A DNA stretch of 64,000 bases from assembly GCA_964036045.1 (NCBI GenBank), contig OZ038378.1, forward strand, positions 3,844,001 to 3,908,000, read 5' to 3'. The DNA comes from Eutreptiella sp. 'Long Island Sound 2002' (Eukaryota; Protista; Euglenida). Both the position numbers and the translations under genes were made by a program. Positions 50,760 through 63,266 of this stretch are shown piece after piece (position 1 is the first letter of the stretch; the number at the start of each line of letters is the position of its first letter). Under the pieces are notes generated by a model that saw only the letters and a program-made list of their open reading frames with translations, did not search any database and was not told the DNA's origin.

Positions 50760-53050
50760 AGACCTGCGATGGTAACGACTGCCATTGTGGGATTGTGGGA
50801 AAGTCGGTGGGCGGGGCCAAACCACAACGCCGGTCATCACAACCCTCCTGCACTGCCTGATCCTGCAAAGAGACCGCTGTGCTCTGCACTGTGTTGGGCT
50901 GCTACTCATGGATTAGGGCTCGAGGCAGACATGATACAGTCGGCGAAACAGGTTCCTCGGCAGTGCAGTATTTTCATCCTCCTCACCTGCTGCCTCCTGC
51001 ACTCTTTGAGTGTACAGCAAGTCATTGGGTTGTGACAATTTTGCCTGGCGGTGGTTGACAGCTTGTCAACAGTGCAGAACCAAAGGGCAAAATCACAGCG
51101 ACAAGGCTCTGACCCGCTGATCCAGGTTTCAGGTTTATTGCTACCCACAGAGCCGGTTGAATGCAACAACAATCAGCGCCCACCAACCAAGTCTAAGGCG
51201 ATCACCATAAGCCATCAATGCGCGGTGCTCATGGCATTCTGCAAACGGTGTGCGAAACGGAACGGGATCTGCAAAGCACTGCTGACAGTGGATTCATGGG
51301 CTTTGATGCTGCGCTGCCGACGGGTCACCAGACTCATCATCAGTGCCGCCAGCCCGCAAAGCCGACAACGGTGATCAAGGCCACCACATTACTTTCAGCG
51401 AGCGCTTGGGTGTCCACCCATTGTTATGTGCCCCATCTGCGATTCTTTAATGGGGCGGTGTCTTTTTTAATGCACGAAGGACAGCCAGTTTGCTCGCATT
51501 TGCTGGTCGCAGTTCCTCCGAGACGATGGGGGGCAGAGATTGGGAGCTCCGAGTCTTTTTTCTAATGCCAGTCATCATGTGGCCTTTCCCACAGTACCAA
51601 AAAAAAAATGCATTGAGGGATTTTTGTTCACCTTTGGCCCTGATCCAAGGGGCCATTGGCAAACCCCATTTCAAGAGAAAATGGGAGGGGGAGAGCCTCC
51701 CCCAGACACCACGAGGCCCGCCCCTCGTGCCATTGACAAAGACAGCACACAACAAACAAACAACATGCTGGTGCCCTGGCAACTGGTGAAGATGGATTTT
51801 CATTGGGGGAGGGGTCGATGCCCCCGAAAACTGGGGTTGTGCGGAGGCTCATTTGATCGGGCCCAATTTCTGGGCCACAAGAGGGCGCCGGAGAAAATTT
51901 TCGGTGCAAGGGTTCAATTGAGTGGGCCCGTTGCACAACAATCCTCCTTCCTCTTATTGTCCCCGGAAATCACAGGGAGTCATGCGCTGAAATACCGTCA
52001 TGGGTACTCCAGGCCATCGGCACCAGGGGGGGCGGGGGGGGTAGCCCTGCTGACACAGCGACTGTCAGCCAGCAGTGAGTTTCTCTGTCTGACCTCCAAG
52101 CACCGTGTTTCATCGGCAGTTTTGCGGTCACTAACGCATTTATTTAAGTGGTGAATGTGGTGCACGCCCATTGATGCCCAAAATTTCCCATCCGAAATTG
52201 ATGCACCGCGAACTCCCTCCCTGCTGTGCATTGGCATCTGTGTTTTCACCAATTCACCTGCAGCGTCAATGTACCATATGTGGGGCCGTTGGAAGGCAAC
52301 CCATTTTCTGTTCCAGCCGGGCTACAAGTACACCAGTAGCCTGACAGATGAGCTGTTGTGACCTGACATGTCTTTGAAGCATATGCGAAACAGACCAGCT
52401 CTTTTGCAGAGATATGTAGAGTATATTTTCTATTTCCACTGACCATGCCGTTGGCATACACGGGATGAATCCCTCATGTTTGGGAGTGTTGTGACTGTTG
52501 GATGGCAAGGGACAGCACAACAAAGGCAGCAGATGCAATTTGATTTGAACACTGACACCGAAAAGGGGCAAAACACCTCTCACAACTCTCACCAACCCAC
52601 TCACATTACTGTTATACATCCTCGAAGCAATTTTTTTCCCCACTCTTATCGATTCCCCTCATATCCTCTCAGCTTGATCCTTGTCACTCGTTGCCTTGAC
52701 CCACCACCATTGCAAACCCGACTACACTCGCTACCAGGACCTAGGTATGCACCCTTGCCCGGTCCGGCTGATCCCCTGTGTTGATTGGCAGAACACTGTT
52801 TTGGGTTTCCTGTACCTGGTCAAGCCAGCATTAATGGTTGACGTGTGGAGAAACCGTGCACAATCTTGTCCACAAGGGCAGGGGTACCAGTGCGTCTGGC
52901 CCGGCAGATATTTTTCAGCTATGTTTATCAAGGGATGTGAATCAGTACATTCACAACACCTCTCAAATGCTTTTTTGCCTTGTATTGTAAAACCTTTTGT
53001 GCATTTCCAATCACGCTGTGAAAGTCAGTCAATAACAAAAAATGGACATA

Positions 53051-53449
53051 CCCCCCCCACTTGTATAAGCTACGCCCTTGTCCAAGCTACAGTAGGCGTA
53101 GGGACCGTATTAATTTGGTACCTAATTTTAATTCGGTACCAAACGTAGTGCAGCCACATAAGTCATGCGTTTGGTGACGAATTTGCGAGCCACATAGATT
53201 CATGGGCATATTTGTTGTGAGTGTTTGCCCACTTGAACCCACATAGCTCTGATTTTGGGGATATTTTTGTATTATATTCCCCTTGCTTGCACCAGCTTAC
53301 CATGCAATCCTGTCTTTTTGAACCTGGGCGCCCGATGTTGGTAGTTGTATGTGTCGCGCGCAAGCTACACCCGTGTCCAAGCTACAGTAGGCGTAGGGAC
53401 CGTATTAATTTGGGACTTTGGCCTAGCTTATACAAGGGGGGGGGGGGGG
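53051..53449. mobile_element. TA-flanked MITE
   Basis: TA|(C)nACTTGTATAAGCTA ... TAGCTTATACAA(G)n|TA. A ~39-bp internal direct repeat (GTCCAAGCTACAGTAGGCGTAGGGACCGTATTAATTTGG) lies near both ends. Confidence 0.85.
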
Positions 53450-56400
53450 TACACGGGGTGTGTACAATGGTGTGTCAGGCACCAGGTTGTTCAACCTATG
53501 TTCATGCAATGAACCTCAGTTTACCCCGTTGTGGGTTCCCATCGCTCTGCTTGGACTCACTGTGCTTTTTTCTACCCTTGGGTCACCCAACGCCTGAGAC
53601 AAGTGCCCACCAAATGGAAGTTGACAACAAGGAACAGCCTGTCGGTGGTGCGAAGGCCTCGCAAGCACCAGCACCAAAGCCGAAGGTGGTGGCGTAACAC
53701 ATAAAAGACTGCGAGAGAGGCAGCCGCGCAAGCGGTCCGAAAATGGTGGTAGTGAGTGAAAGGCCCCTATGCGACCCTAGTGGAAAACAGGCTCCACGAC
53801 GCTCAGATGGCCGAGTGGATGGTCCAATTCGAAGATATAGAGTAGGAGGTTTATGAAGGAGCCGTGGGGGAGCAGGATTTCAACATTTGGACAAGCCCCA
53901 AGTGACCCATGGCGGTATACCAGATCCGGAAGAACCTACAGCCGGATTTTTTACATGGCACATTCATTGTTTTAAAGGCAGCGGAGGAAGAACCACAGGA
54001 TTGAGCCCAAGGAGTGGATCCCCAATGACCAGCTGTTTAATACTAGTGATTGCTAATCCATGGAGTTCTACATAAAATTTGAATGAAAAGGAAGTTTTTG
54101 TGGCCCAAACATGATTTCTAATGATTAAAACATGAAGATTGAGCATCGACAAACTGATTGAAATTGAATCGTTTCTAAAAAAAGAGGGGTATCCGAATTT
54201 TGCGGTATTTCCACGGTCATTTCTACCATTGTTTTGATTTGTATCAAAGGAGTTTTCGGTTTTGTTTTATGATTTGAGCTTGTTTTACGGAGGAAAAAAT
54301 TATTTTCAAAAGGGCGTTTTTGTGTCCCATTCATGTACTGATTTAATTTTGCAGTTTTCTTTGTTGATCTATTGGGACAAGTTTTAACATTGGTCACAGA
54401 GAACTTGGTACAAATTTTCTTCATACACATTATTCAAAATTTTAACTATCTTGAAAACAATCCTTTTTTCTTTCTGCAAGCACCGCATGAGGGCAGTGAT
54501 CTAAGGACATGAAATGTCATTGAAATCAAGCTGGACTAACTAGCAGCAAACAATACAAATTCCATTGCCTAAGCAAAGAGAAATTAAGGAACCTTGAATT
54601 TGAAGGTGTGTTTGTACTCAGTTTGTATGCCGGTCGAGTCGTTACCTGAAGCATGGGACCAAATTGGCTTGGTTGTTATCTTGGTTTTAAGCGAACGAAA
54701 CCGGTATGGGCATTAACTAGGGATGAACCCAAGAAGTGGACCAAATTGGATTGGGGATAACCAGGGCACGAAGCAATGTATCATTCAAATCTCATTTGAT
54801 AGGCAATAAAACTCGAATGTTCTTCATCTTTCTAATCGCTTACAACTCACAAGCCCTGTTAGATCCATCATAGGCGACAAAAGACGGTGACAACCGCGAT
54901 AGGCCTTCTGAAGCGTCTAAATGCCTTCTAAGTTTCCAATGCATTAGAAGGCTAAAAATCTTAAACACCATGAATATATCACATTAATGTCATGTGGGAT
55001 ACGTACTGTTCTGGTTGTGGTGGTGGTTGGCGTTGTGGATCGAAATGCTCCAAGCACGCCGTGTACATTTCTTGGTCAACCGTCTGCAGTCCTTCACACT
55101 GATCAATTCCTGGTACCTTGGACCAATTAATCGTTCTCCGCCGTTGTCCCCCGGGTCCCACATCCCATTCACCTCATTTTCCTGGTGTGGGTGTCCAATG
55201 CCAGTCACTTTTGTATCCATCAAATCTTTTCTTATTACAACTTATTATTACAACGATCATCATCGGGTGATGAATGATGGATCAAATGTGTAGGCATCGT
55301 CGTGGTCGTTTTTTGATGCAAGCAATAATGCATGTTCACAAATGTGTTCTGTGTGTCATGTATATGCAAGGGCGGAATCTGGTTATTGTTTGAAAACTGA
55401 AAAATATGATTGGCACTGAAACAAAACGTCGGAAAAGGTCCCCAGACAAGGATGGGATTGCAGAAATATTGCGTACACTTGACGTGCACGGTATTCAGCT
55501 CCACGGACACACCATCAAAATGATAGACAACCTCATCATATTGGCAAAGGACCGCGGAATGGGGCTGGTCCTGCGTGTATTTTTATTCTGTGCCAACCTT
55601 CTGTCCGGGAACTGGGAACTTTGTTCAAATGAAATAGCCACCACGATGACTGAGCTTCTAGCCATAGAAGCCCGTGATCCCGCGTACCCAGGCAATAGTG
55701 GTACAGTGACGCTTGAATTTTTTCAACCAAAACAGATCGCCCTCTATCCAGCAATGGGTCGACTTCCGTGATGTACATAAATTTCTGCATATTGACAAAC
55801 ATGAAAACTGGAACCATGTCAGAACCGATGCAGATCAATCTCGCCTTTGTTTTTGATAAGGGACAAGAAAAGACATCTATGCAACATGGCAACAGTGTAG
55901 GAGTACCTTCTTCCATTTGTGGTATTGCCGGGGATTGTGTCCCGTCGTGTGTTATCCGCGACGTCCACATCCTCCAAGGGCAGGTTGCTAAAGGTTTCAA
56001 GGAAGACGAACCCGCTGAAAGACTCAGAGTTTGAACTCGAGACATCCGTGTCATTTCGCAGTCTCGGCCGCTTTTTTCGCCCCTGCAAATTGACGAGACT
56101 CGTCGACAAAGGCACAAGGCACAAGGTTCACCAAACACAAGCCGGAACCACGAACGGTGCCACAGCCTTCCACGGCAGTGAGCCATAGTGGTGTGTACCT
56201 GGACGAACTTGATCGCATCACCATGGCACAGTTTGTAGACCCTGTCTTTTATCAACTTCCTGGCATTGAGAAACGTGCTATTTGTGCTTTGGTCACGTAT
56301 GGCACCAGACAAGCGGCCATCGTAAGGACTTTGAAATATTTCACAATGAGTGGCACTAGTTTTGCTAATGGCAATGCACATGTCGCAATCCGGCGTGCTT

Positions 56401-56694
56401 CGTGCAGAAAGCAGCAAGCTGCTCAATTTGCAGGTCAGTTAGGCAAGCCATCGGAGCAAGCAAAGATAGCTACAGGGGGGGGGGAAATTCTGTACGGGGA
56501 TTTTTCCGCAGGGGAAAATTCCGCATGGGGAAAATTCCGCACCTGTCCCAAAAAATCAGGGGAAAATTCCGCACCTCCCAAATCTTCAGTGCATTCGAAG
56601 CAAAAGGGATCCTGGGATTGCGATCCCCAAAAGACACACACTACACCAAAGCAACCATCAATGATTCTGCAGATGTCTGATTTGTCAAAGAGTA

Positions 56695-58830
56695 CTACGC
56701 ACGTGCTTTTCGCTTTGCCATAAAATCAGCTGGGACTGCTTTTGGGGCAACACCCAATGCACGGCGTTTTTTCAAATGATCAAGAATTCGCAAGCTGTGT
56801 CCTTCAAGGACGTTGGCGTCCTTCAAAGCCTTTGCAGTTATCAAGGAGAGTTCAGCCATGGAAGTAAATCCAGCTTCAGCCAATGGTCCAGCATACTGCT
56901 GGTACCCAAGGTTTTTCAGAAAAAGAACCACATTGGCATCTGGTGTCAGTTTTACAACAGGGCTGGCAACTTTTGACCTTTTCTTTGGCCTTTTGCTCCT
57001 CGATTTCTGGCGTGCATCATCTGTAGTCTCACTGCTGGTACTGCCACCACTACTACTGGTACTGCTGTCACTTGGACTGCTTTCAGAATCTGAATCAGAT
57101 GAGGCACATGCAGGTGCAGGTGCAGATGCAGATGCAGATGCAGATGCAGCTGCAGATGCAGATGCAGATGCACGTGCAGGTTCAGATGCAGATGCAGATG
57201 CAGACGCAGCTGAGGCACGTGCTCTCACAGCAGCTGAAACGGCAGGTTGCCGTGCCCTCTTGCGCTTCGTGGCGGGCTTCCATTTGTTTCGTTCCCGCTC
57301 TTCTGCAGCCTCAATTAAAGCAGTTAAATCCTCAGCAGGTGGAGCAGGTATTGGGTTGTCCACCAAGAGGGAAGGGGGGGCAGGAAGTCGAATAACTTCT
57401 GCAGGGGGCGGCACGTCATCTACAGAGGTGATCTCAGGCACAATGGTCAGTGCCTTCTCCCAGGAATTCAAAACCCAACCACGCATCTGTGGGTCTGTGA
57501 TCCATTCAGACAACCAAAGTGTAAGAAGCGGCTTAATCACCTCCTCACGCAGATCAAGAGGTGTGCCCTTCGCGAGTTTCCCCTCTGCGATTTTCATACA
57601 GTGCCTCAGGAGCCTCAACTTTGACCTCTGACGCACATGGGCACGACATGTGACGTTAATCAAATGATCACCTGAGTTAAGTACATGCGACCTATTGGGA
57701 AGGCCCAGGATTAAATATACTTGAGTGCCTGCTACTCGATAAATATGAAGCTCAAGCTTGACGAGAGCATTGCGGTCAATGTGACTAGGCACATTATCAA
57801 TGACAACAACAATGGGGGTGTCCATTGGTAAACCTGCGGCAGCAATCACCTCGCGGGCACGCTTCACAATCTGATCCACAAGCCTCAGAAAAGTGGCATG
57901 ATTTTGGGTTTTTTTTTTGGCATGATCATGATAAATAAGGGGGCTTACATGTGCCTTTAACGTGTCGCCAATCTTTGGATGGCACCGCTCAGTTGAACCT
58001 TTCCATAGTATTTGAAATAGGAAAAGCTCACCATGGGCGTTTGTAATGGGAGTTCCCGTGACTTGCCGTTTTTCCTTGCCATATGCAATGAAGACGTTCT
58101 GAACGCCCGTTGCTTCATACGTGCCACGCATCTCAGGGAAATAGTGCACAGGTGTCTCATCTGCAGCAAGCCGCAAGCATGTGGGGATGCTCTGCAAATT
58201 CTCTGGCATTGAGATGCCATGTTTCCTTGGGTTTTCGAAGACATCCTCCACCAAGCGGCGCCACTCGTTGTCTTTCAAGATATCAAGGACCGTCGACGGA
58301 CGCCGATCTGTGCTGCCGGCACGAAAAGACCAGCCTTTTCTGCGTTTGTAGTCTCTAGCGTAGGAGTCCCCAAACGTTGGTACCTCCTCAATATTCAAAT
58401 CAGCACGGTTTTTACGAATCACCTCATGTGCCATGACAACAATTCCCTCACGGTCTGCAACTCCACCTTCTTCCCGCACTTTGTTGAAAAACTGTTCCAG
58501 GGCAGCATCCTCATTTGGTGTTAACTTTGGTGGCCGCCCCACAGGTTTGATACACCCCTGAACAATCAGTTTCGTACCCCACTCTCTCATGGTGGACACA
58601 GGTGGACATTCATCAAACCCATATTTCACAATACAAGCCCGCTTGCCTCCACTTCGGTACAAACTGGCAGCCTCTTCTCGCTGCTTGTCATCCCATTTCT
58701 TCCATGGCTTCGAAGTGCCTGTAGGCGTCTTGCGTGTGCCCTTTTGGGCTGAGACAGCTTGCAAATGGTGCACCAAATCGCGCACAGCAGTGTTTTGGGT
58801 GTCGCTTTTGCGCACCACAAAGCGGTCCAT
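56695..58830 (-). CDS. pogo-like transposase (HTH + CENP-B-like HTH + DDE_1, DD42D) with a C-terminal SAM-like domain
   Basis: 711 aa; GRPPKL..., AADETP, VIDNVPSH and NSGD, then an Ala/Ser linker and FLKNLGYQQYAGPLAEAGFTSMAELSLITAKALKDANVLEGHSLRILDHL. An AG acceptor lies 9 nt upstream of the ATG. Confidence 0.9.
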   Translation of the reverse strand: MDRFVVRKSDTQNTAVRDLVHHLQAVSAQKGTRKTPTGTSKPWKKWDDKQREEAASLYRSGGKRACIVKYGFDECPPVSTMREWGTKLIVQGCIKPVGRPPKLTPNEDAALEQFFNKVREEGGVADREGIVVMAHEVIRKNRADLNIEEVPTFGDSYARDYKRRKGWSFRAGSTDRRPSTVLDILKDNEWRRLVEDVFENPRKHGISMPENLQSIPTCLRLAADETPVHYFPEMRGTYEATGVQNVFIAYGKEKRQVTGTPITNAHGELFLFQILWKGSTERCHPKIGDTLKAHVSPLIYHDHAKKKTQNHATFLRLVDQIVKRAREVIAAAGLPMDTPIVVVIDNVPSHIDRNALVKLELHIYRVAGTQVYLILGLPNRSHVLNSGDHLINVTCRAHVRQRSKLRLLRHCMKIAEGKLAKGTPLDLREEVIKPLLTLWLSEWITDPQMRGWVLNSWEKALTIVPEITSVDDVPPPAEVIRLPAPPSLLVDNPIPAPPAEDLTALIEAAEERERNKWKPATKRKRARQPAVSAAVRARASAASASASASEPARASASASAAASASASASAPAPACASSDSDSESSPSDSSTSSSGGSTSSETTDDARQKSRSKRPKKRSKVASPVVKLTPDANVVLFLKNLGYQQYAGPLAEAGFTSMAELSLITAKALKDANVLEGHSLRILDHLKKRRALGVAPKAVPADFMAKRKARA

Positions 58831-58940
58831 GATGTGTTCCTAAAAACATCATGGGGAACACAAACATATGGCACATGAGGAATCCGAAAAACCCTGCTGA
58901 GCTAACAACGACAATCCTTCAAATTTTGGTAGACAACGAG

Positions 58941-59329
58941 CGGCTTGGTGCTGATGAGACACCTGTGCACTATTTCCCTGGGATGCGTGACACCTGTGAA
59001 GCAACCTTGCAAAAAAAAAAAACACAGAAGCATGCCACTTTTCTGAGGCTTGTGTAGCAGGCACTCAAGTATATTTAATCGTGGGCCTTCCCAACAGGTC
59101 GCATGTGCCTAACGCAAGTGACCAATTTTGGTTGTCTAAATGGATCACAGATCACAGATCGTGGGAGAAGGCAATGACCATTGTACCTGAGATCACCTCT
59201 GTAGATGGCGTGGCCCGCCATTCACAAATTATTCGACTTCCTGCCCCCCCTTCCCTGTTTGTTGACAACACCTGCAGAAGAGCGGGAAAAAAACAGATGG
59301 GAGCGCGCGGCGAAGCACAAGGCATACGG
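58941..59329 (+). other. Inverted six-fragment condensed copy of the transposase coding sequence
   Basis: Six collinear blocks matching the reverse complement of parts of 57250-58173. Confidence 0.92.
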
Positions 59330-61634
59330 TGGTACGGTTGCTTACATGGACAAAATTCCGCACGGGGAAAATTCCGCACCTCCCCTTGAAAAATCAGGGG
59401 AAAATTCCGCACCAAATTGAAATACGGAATTTTCTCCGCGGAAAAATCCCCCCGCGGAATTTCCCCCCCCCCTGTACAATAGACCGCTTGAAGCATACGG
59501 GCACGTGGCAAGCAACAAATGACAAGGGCATAAGTGAGCAGAAACACAAGCAAACCTATTCTGAATTGGTCTTTTGCAATCATGTGGGTCTCCACTGGAC
59601 GTTCAATATTAATCAGCTTGCCCCAAGCCAATAGTGGAACATTGATGGAGTCTTGGGATGCGTGGGCATGCTCTTGTGTAGAAATTGTGTCATCGCTTTG
59701 TCGCGTTAGAACTTTTTGCGTCAACGACGTTTGTTCCTCACCCACCATTGGCAATCATCACAAACCTCACGTGAATGAAAGGAAGCAATTTTTGGCAAGT
59801 TGATGCACATCACACGTGCGAGCATGTGTAAGCAATCAAGGCGAGCAGAATTTGAGCCAACAAGGTTCCTTGTTCCTCCAAAGGTTCTGCATGCAATGCA
59901 AGGCAACGTGTATGCGGTGCTTATGAGAGATGATGAAGTGGCTCAAGTGGAGGCATGTTGCTGGTGTACAAGCTCGCCCATCTGCTGGGCTGTGCAAATC
60001 TCGTGATCAAGCATTCAACAATCTGGAGCTGGTGCATTTGACCACCTTGCGATCTGGAAATCACTGGGTCATCGGAGGCCTTTGCAAACTGATTCCAAGG
60101 GATCGCATACAGCACACGAGCTCAGCATCGTTTAGTGTCTTGCATCGTGTATGTCGTGCATCTTGCAGTGTGCAACGACATGCATCCATTAATGCTAAAT
60201 CCAAAAATGCAATACAACCATCCAATGCAGTACACTACCCCACCAACCCTTGGTACTTAAGTGGGGACAAGGCCTCCTTTGGGAGGAGGGGCCTAGGGGA
60301 CTTCATAGGCGCTTTGTCCCCCATTCCCCTAGCTAGAGGTGCTAGAGATTGTTCCTAGAAATGAAAAGTGTGGAATGAAAGGTGAAAGGGAAGACAAAGT
60401 TGTTGTTGTTGGTACAAGAAAGCATGGCAAAGCTTTTAAACTTGTGGCCCGCCTTTCACTTGCCCGATTTCCATGATTTTCGTATTTTTCGGGCCGCGAG
60501 CCGACATCGCGTGCCCATTGCAATCCCCCCAACACATAAAACAAGGGCACAGTGGAGTGTGGCAGTAAAACTTGCATTTCATCCTGTGTGACAAGGTAAT
60601 CTTTACACAACCAAGCATGCATCATACTTTGTATCGCTGGGGATCCGTTAGCACCGGGACAGTCCCACATATTATGCCGCGTGTGTTTTCAACTTTCTGT
60701 CACCTGGGCATGTCGGAGTTGGGCACTTCCTTTTACAAATTCAAAATGTACCCAGCAGCTGGGAAAGTGACCCGTAAGTGTTGTGTGCCTCGCTACGTAT
60801 GAAAGTCACGAGGATGGCATGGGTGCAGTGGTTGTGGGGCAATGAGTCGTGGCAAGGTTGCATGGTGCCTGAATCGCCAAAGGCCCATGCTTACATAGCA
60901 GGCAAGAAGCACGGAGCAACATGGAGTTGGCCTCTTTGGTGACATAGGATGGCACATTTGCATAACGAGGCTCAATGTGCTGCGTTTCACCGTTGCCAAA
61001 TTACCGATACCATACGAAGTCACAGTATTTTTTTTTTTGTGTCCTCAAAGAGGGTGGTGCTTGGTGCTGGGCGTTATGGAGACGTCAACATCGCGTCGGA
61101 TAATAATAACGGGGGAAACCCGCAGCAACCGCTGACCACCGTCGGTAAACCACCAACAGACTGTCAACTGCCATTGGCTGAGTAACGTTGTCCATCGCCA
61201 GAAAAAGATCACCGGGAGAAAATAAACGAACCCCTTCTCAACAGCAGCTCCAACAGCAGCTGGGCGACGCAGTGCATTTTAATGGCGCAACCCAGCCCCC
61301 TGACCCACGCTGCAGCTTGACAAGTAGCTGTACCCCCGCACTGCACGGCAACCCGTGCACTGCTATGCCTAAAAGCCCGGTTTCTGGATTGCCAGTGCAA
61401 TTCGTTGGGACGAATAGCGGCAATTGTGGGTTTGCCACCGCGGTTTACTCTACACAGCACCAACAACGCATACCGTCGAGAAAACAAGCCTGCTGCACGA
61501 CGTGCTTGACTGGTCGCATCGGTCGCACTGCGAGTAACCCAGATCTATGGGCCATGTCTTGTTGACTGGTCGAATCACACCTGATTGACCCTTCCCTTCA
61601 ATTGCACTCACCACGGATTCGTTTCTTTACAGTA

Positions 61635-63266
61635 ATGGCCCCACCAGTGTCTTTGCAGGACGAATGCGAACCCCTGTGGAAGGGGTACCGGTTCCGGTCG
61701 CCCAGCAAAGAGGACCAATACCGCGACAAGTGGCAAACACCTATGGTCCAAGTGTGCCAAATATGGTGCTTGGTCCACTTGGTGATGGACGGGCTTGTCC
61801 CAATCCCCAACTTGTTTGAAATCAGTAAAGTCGGCCTAGGACATGCTTTCAGTTTGTCATTTGTGCCTTCTTTGGCACTGGCCGTCACTACCCTTTTCCT
61901 CGTTTCCTTCGTGCCCTGGTGCCGGAGGCACATCGTGACGGTCACCAGTATTGCCTCTGTGCTGATGGCGGCCTTGACTGCTGCGATGGTGCACACCCAC
62001 ACAGATCTCTGGATTCACCACTCGCAGCAAAGAGATCTGTCCCTTGTGGTCAACCGCGTTGCGGGAGATGAGGAAGCTATGGCGCAGCTGCAGACATTTT
62101 TGACAAACCAATTCAGCAGCTACCAAATATGGAAGAATTTGTTGCTCCGCACAGGCCTTGAAGTCCTCCTCCTGTCCTATGTGGGGGTCTACCAGAGCAC
62201 TGTAGTTGCCATGATCCTGGTTTCTGCAGTCCTGTGCACCATATTTTCATGGAGCCCCCTAATCCCTTTGTGGGCAGCCGTGAAAGGGTCAATGGTGGTG
62301 GTGGTGGTTATAGTTTGGGTGCTGCTGGTTGGCAGGTTGTGGACCAAAAGCCGTCGCCATTCATTCCTCCTGGAACGATTCTTTGAGGAGGCATTAAAGG
62401 TGGCAGTGAATGCCTCCCGACACGCAGACAGTATTCTTAACCATACGCTCAAGAACACCATGGCGGATGCTGCCAGCGATGTGGAGCTTTTCCTTGAAGG
62501 TTTGGAGGCTGGAACAGGTGCCATCGACGAGACCCACCTGCAGAAGGCCGCTGCCTCGCTTTGGAGAGGCATGAGATCCTGCCGCAACCGTCAGGCGTAC
62601 TTAAATTTGGTGGCAGGAAAGTACTGCATCGCCTTGCAAAGCACACATCTCACAAAATTCGTTGAGGAACTCACCGTTGGGCGCAATGTGCGGGTGGATG
62701 TCCCCGATGAGGTGGTGTGCATCGACGAGCGCTTGTGCAATCTCATTCTTGACAACGCCCTCAGCAATGCGTTCAAGCATGGGCATCCCAAGCACCCAGA
62801 CGTCCAGTTGTCAATCCAGGTGTCACAGTGTATCCCAAGCCCAGACAAAGCCCAACTCACCGCGACTGTCACCAATGTATCTCACCCAGCCAGGCCCGCT
62901 GTCACCCCTGAGTATGTCGCAAAGGTGCTTGCGGGCGAGGCTCAGTTGGGTCCAACAACGTCGGCGATCTCGGACCGGATTGGCCTGCAACACTCTTTTA
63001 TGGCCGCGGAGACCATGGGTGCAGACCTGAAATTGACGCAAACTGGCCAACAAGTTGCGTTTGTCATACAGTTGGAGGTCGAGGTGGCTGATCATGTTCC
63101 TGCAAAGTCCAGCGCAGACTCTCACTCTGGGGCGGCGACGGTGGTCTTTCCTTGTGACTTGTGCATCTGCTGTATCGACGACTCTGAGGCGGCTCGGCGA
63201 TTGCTGCACCACCACCTGGTCACCCTGGCCAACACCAAGCAAGTGCACATGTTTGGTGCCAACGAG
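61635..63266 (+). CDS. Membrane hybrid histidine-kinase-like protein, first large exon (TM helices, H-box, HATPase-like domain, start of a receiver domain); 3' exons not resolved
   Basis: LNHTLKN H-box, LILDNALSNAFKHG N-box, IGL...AAETMG and CIDDSEAARRLL receiver start. TTTCTTTACAG acceptor before the ATG; probable GT donor at 63267. Confidence 0.8.

Larger units (their letters stand above)
56473..59474 (-). mobile_element. Full-length pogo-like (Tc1/mariner superfamily) DNA transposon, 3002 bp
   Basis: CAG(G)nAAATTC TIRs, TA at 56471-56472 and 59475-59476, subterminal GGGGAAAATTCCGCA repeats and an intact transposase ORF. Confidence 0.93.

Noticed and set aside
55406-56426. ORFs flanking the pogo insertion as a real gene
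   Set aside because: They are fragmentary on both strands with no recognisable motif. They may be a degraded element, but this is unsupported.
56813-57631. 272-aa plus-strand ORF
   Set aside because: It is the antisense shadow of the transposase linker and hexamer repeat.
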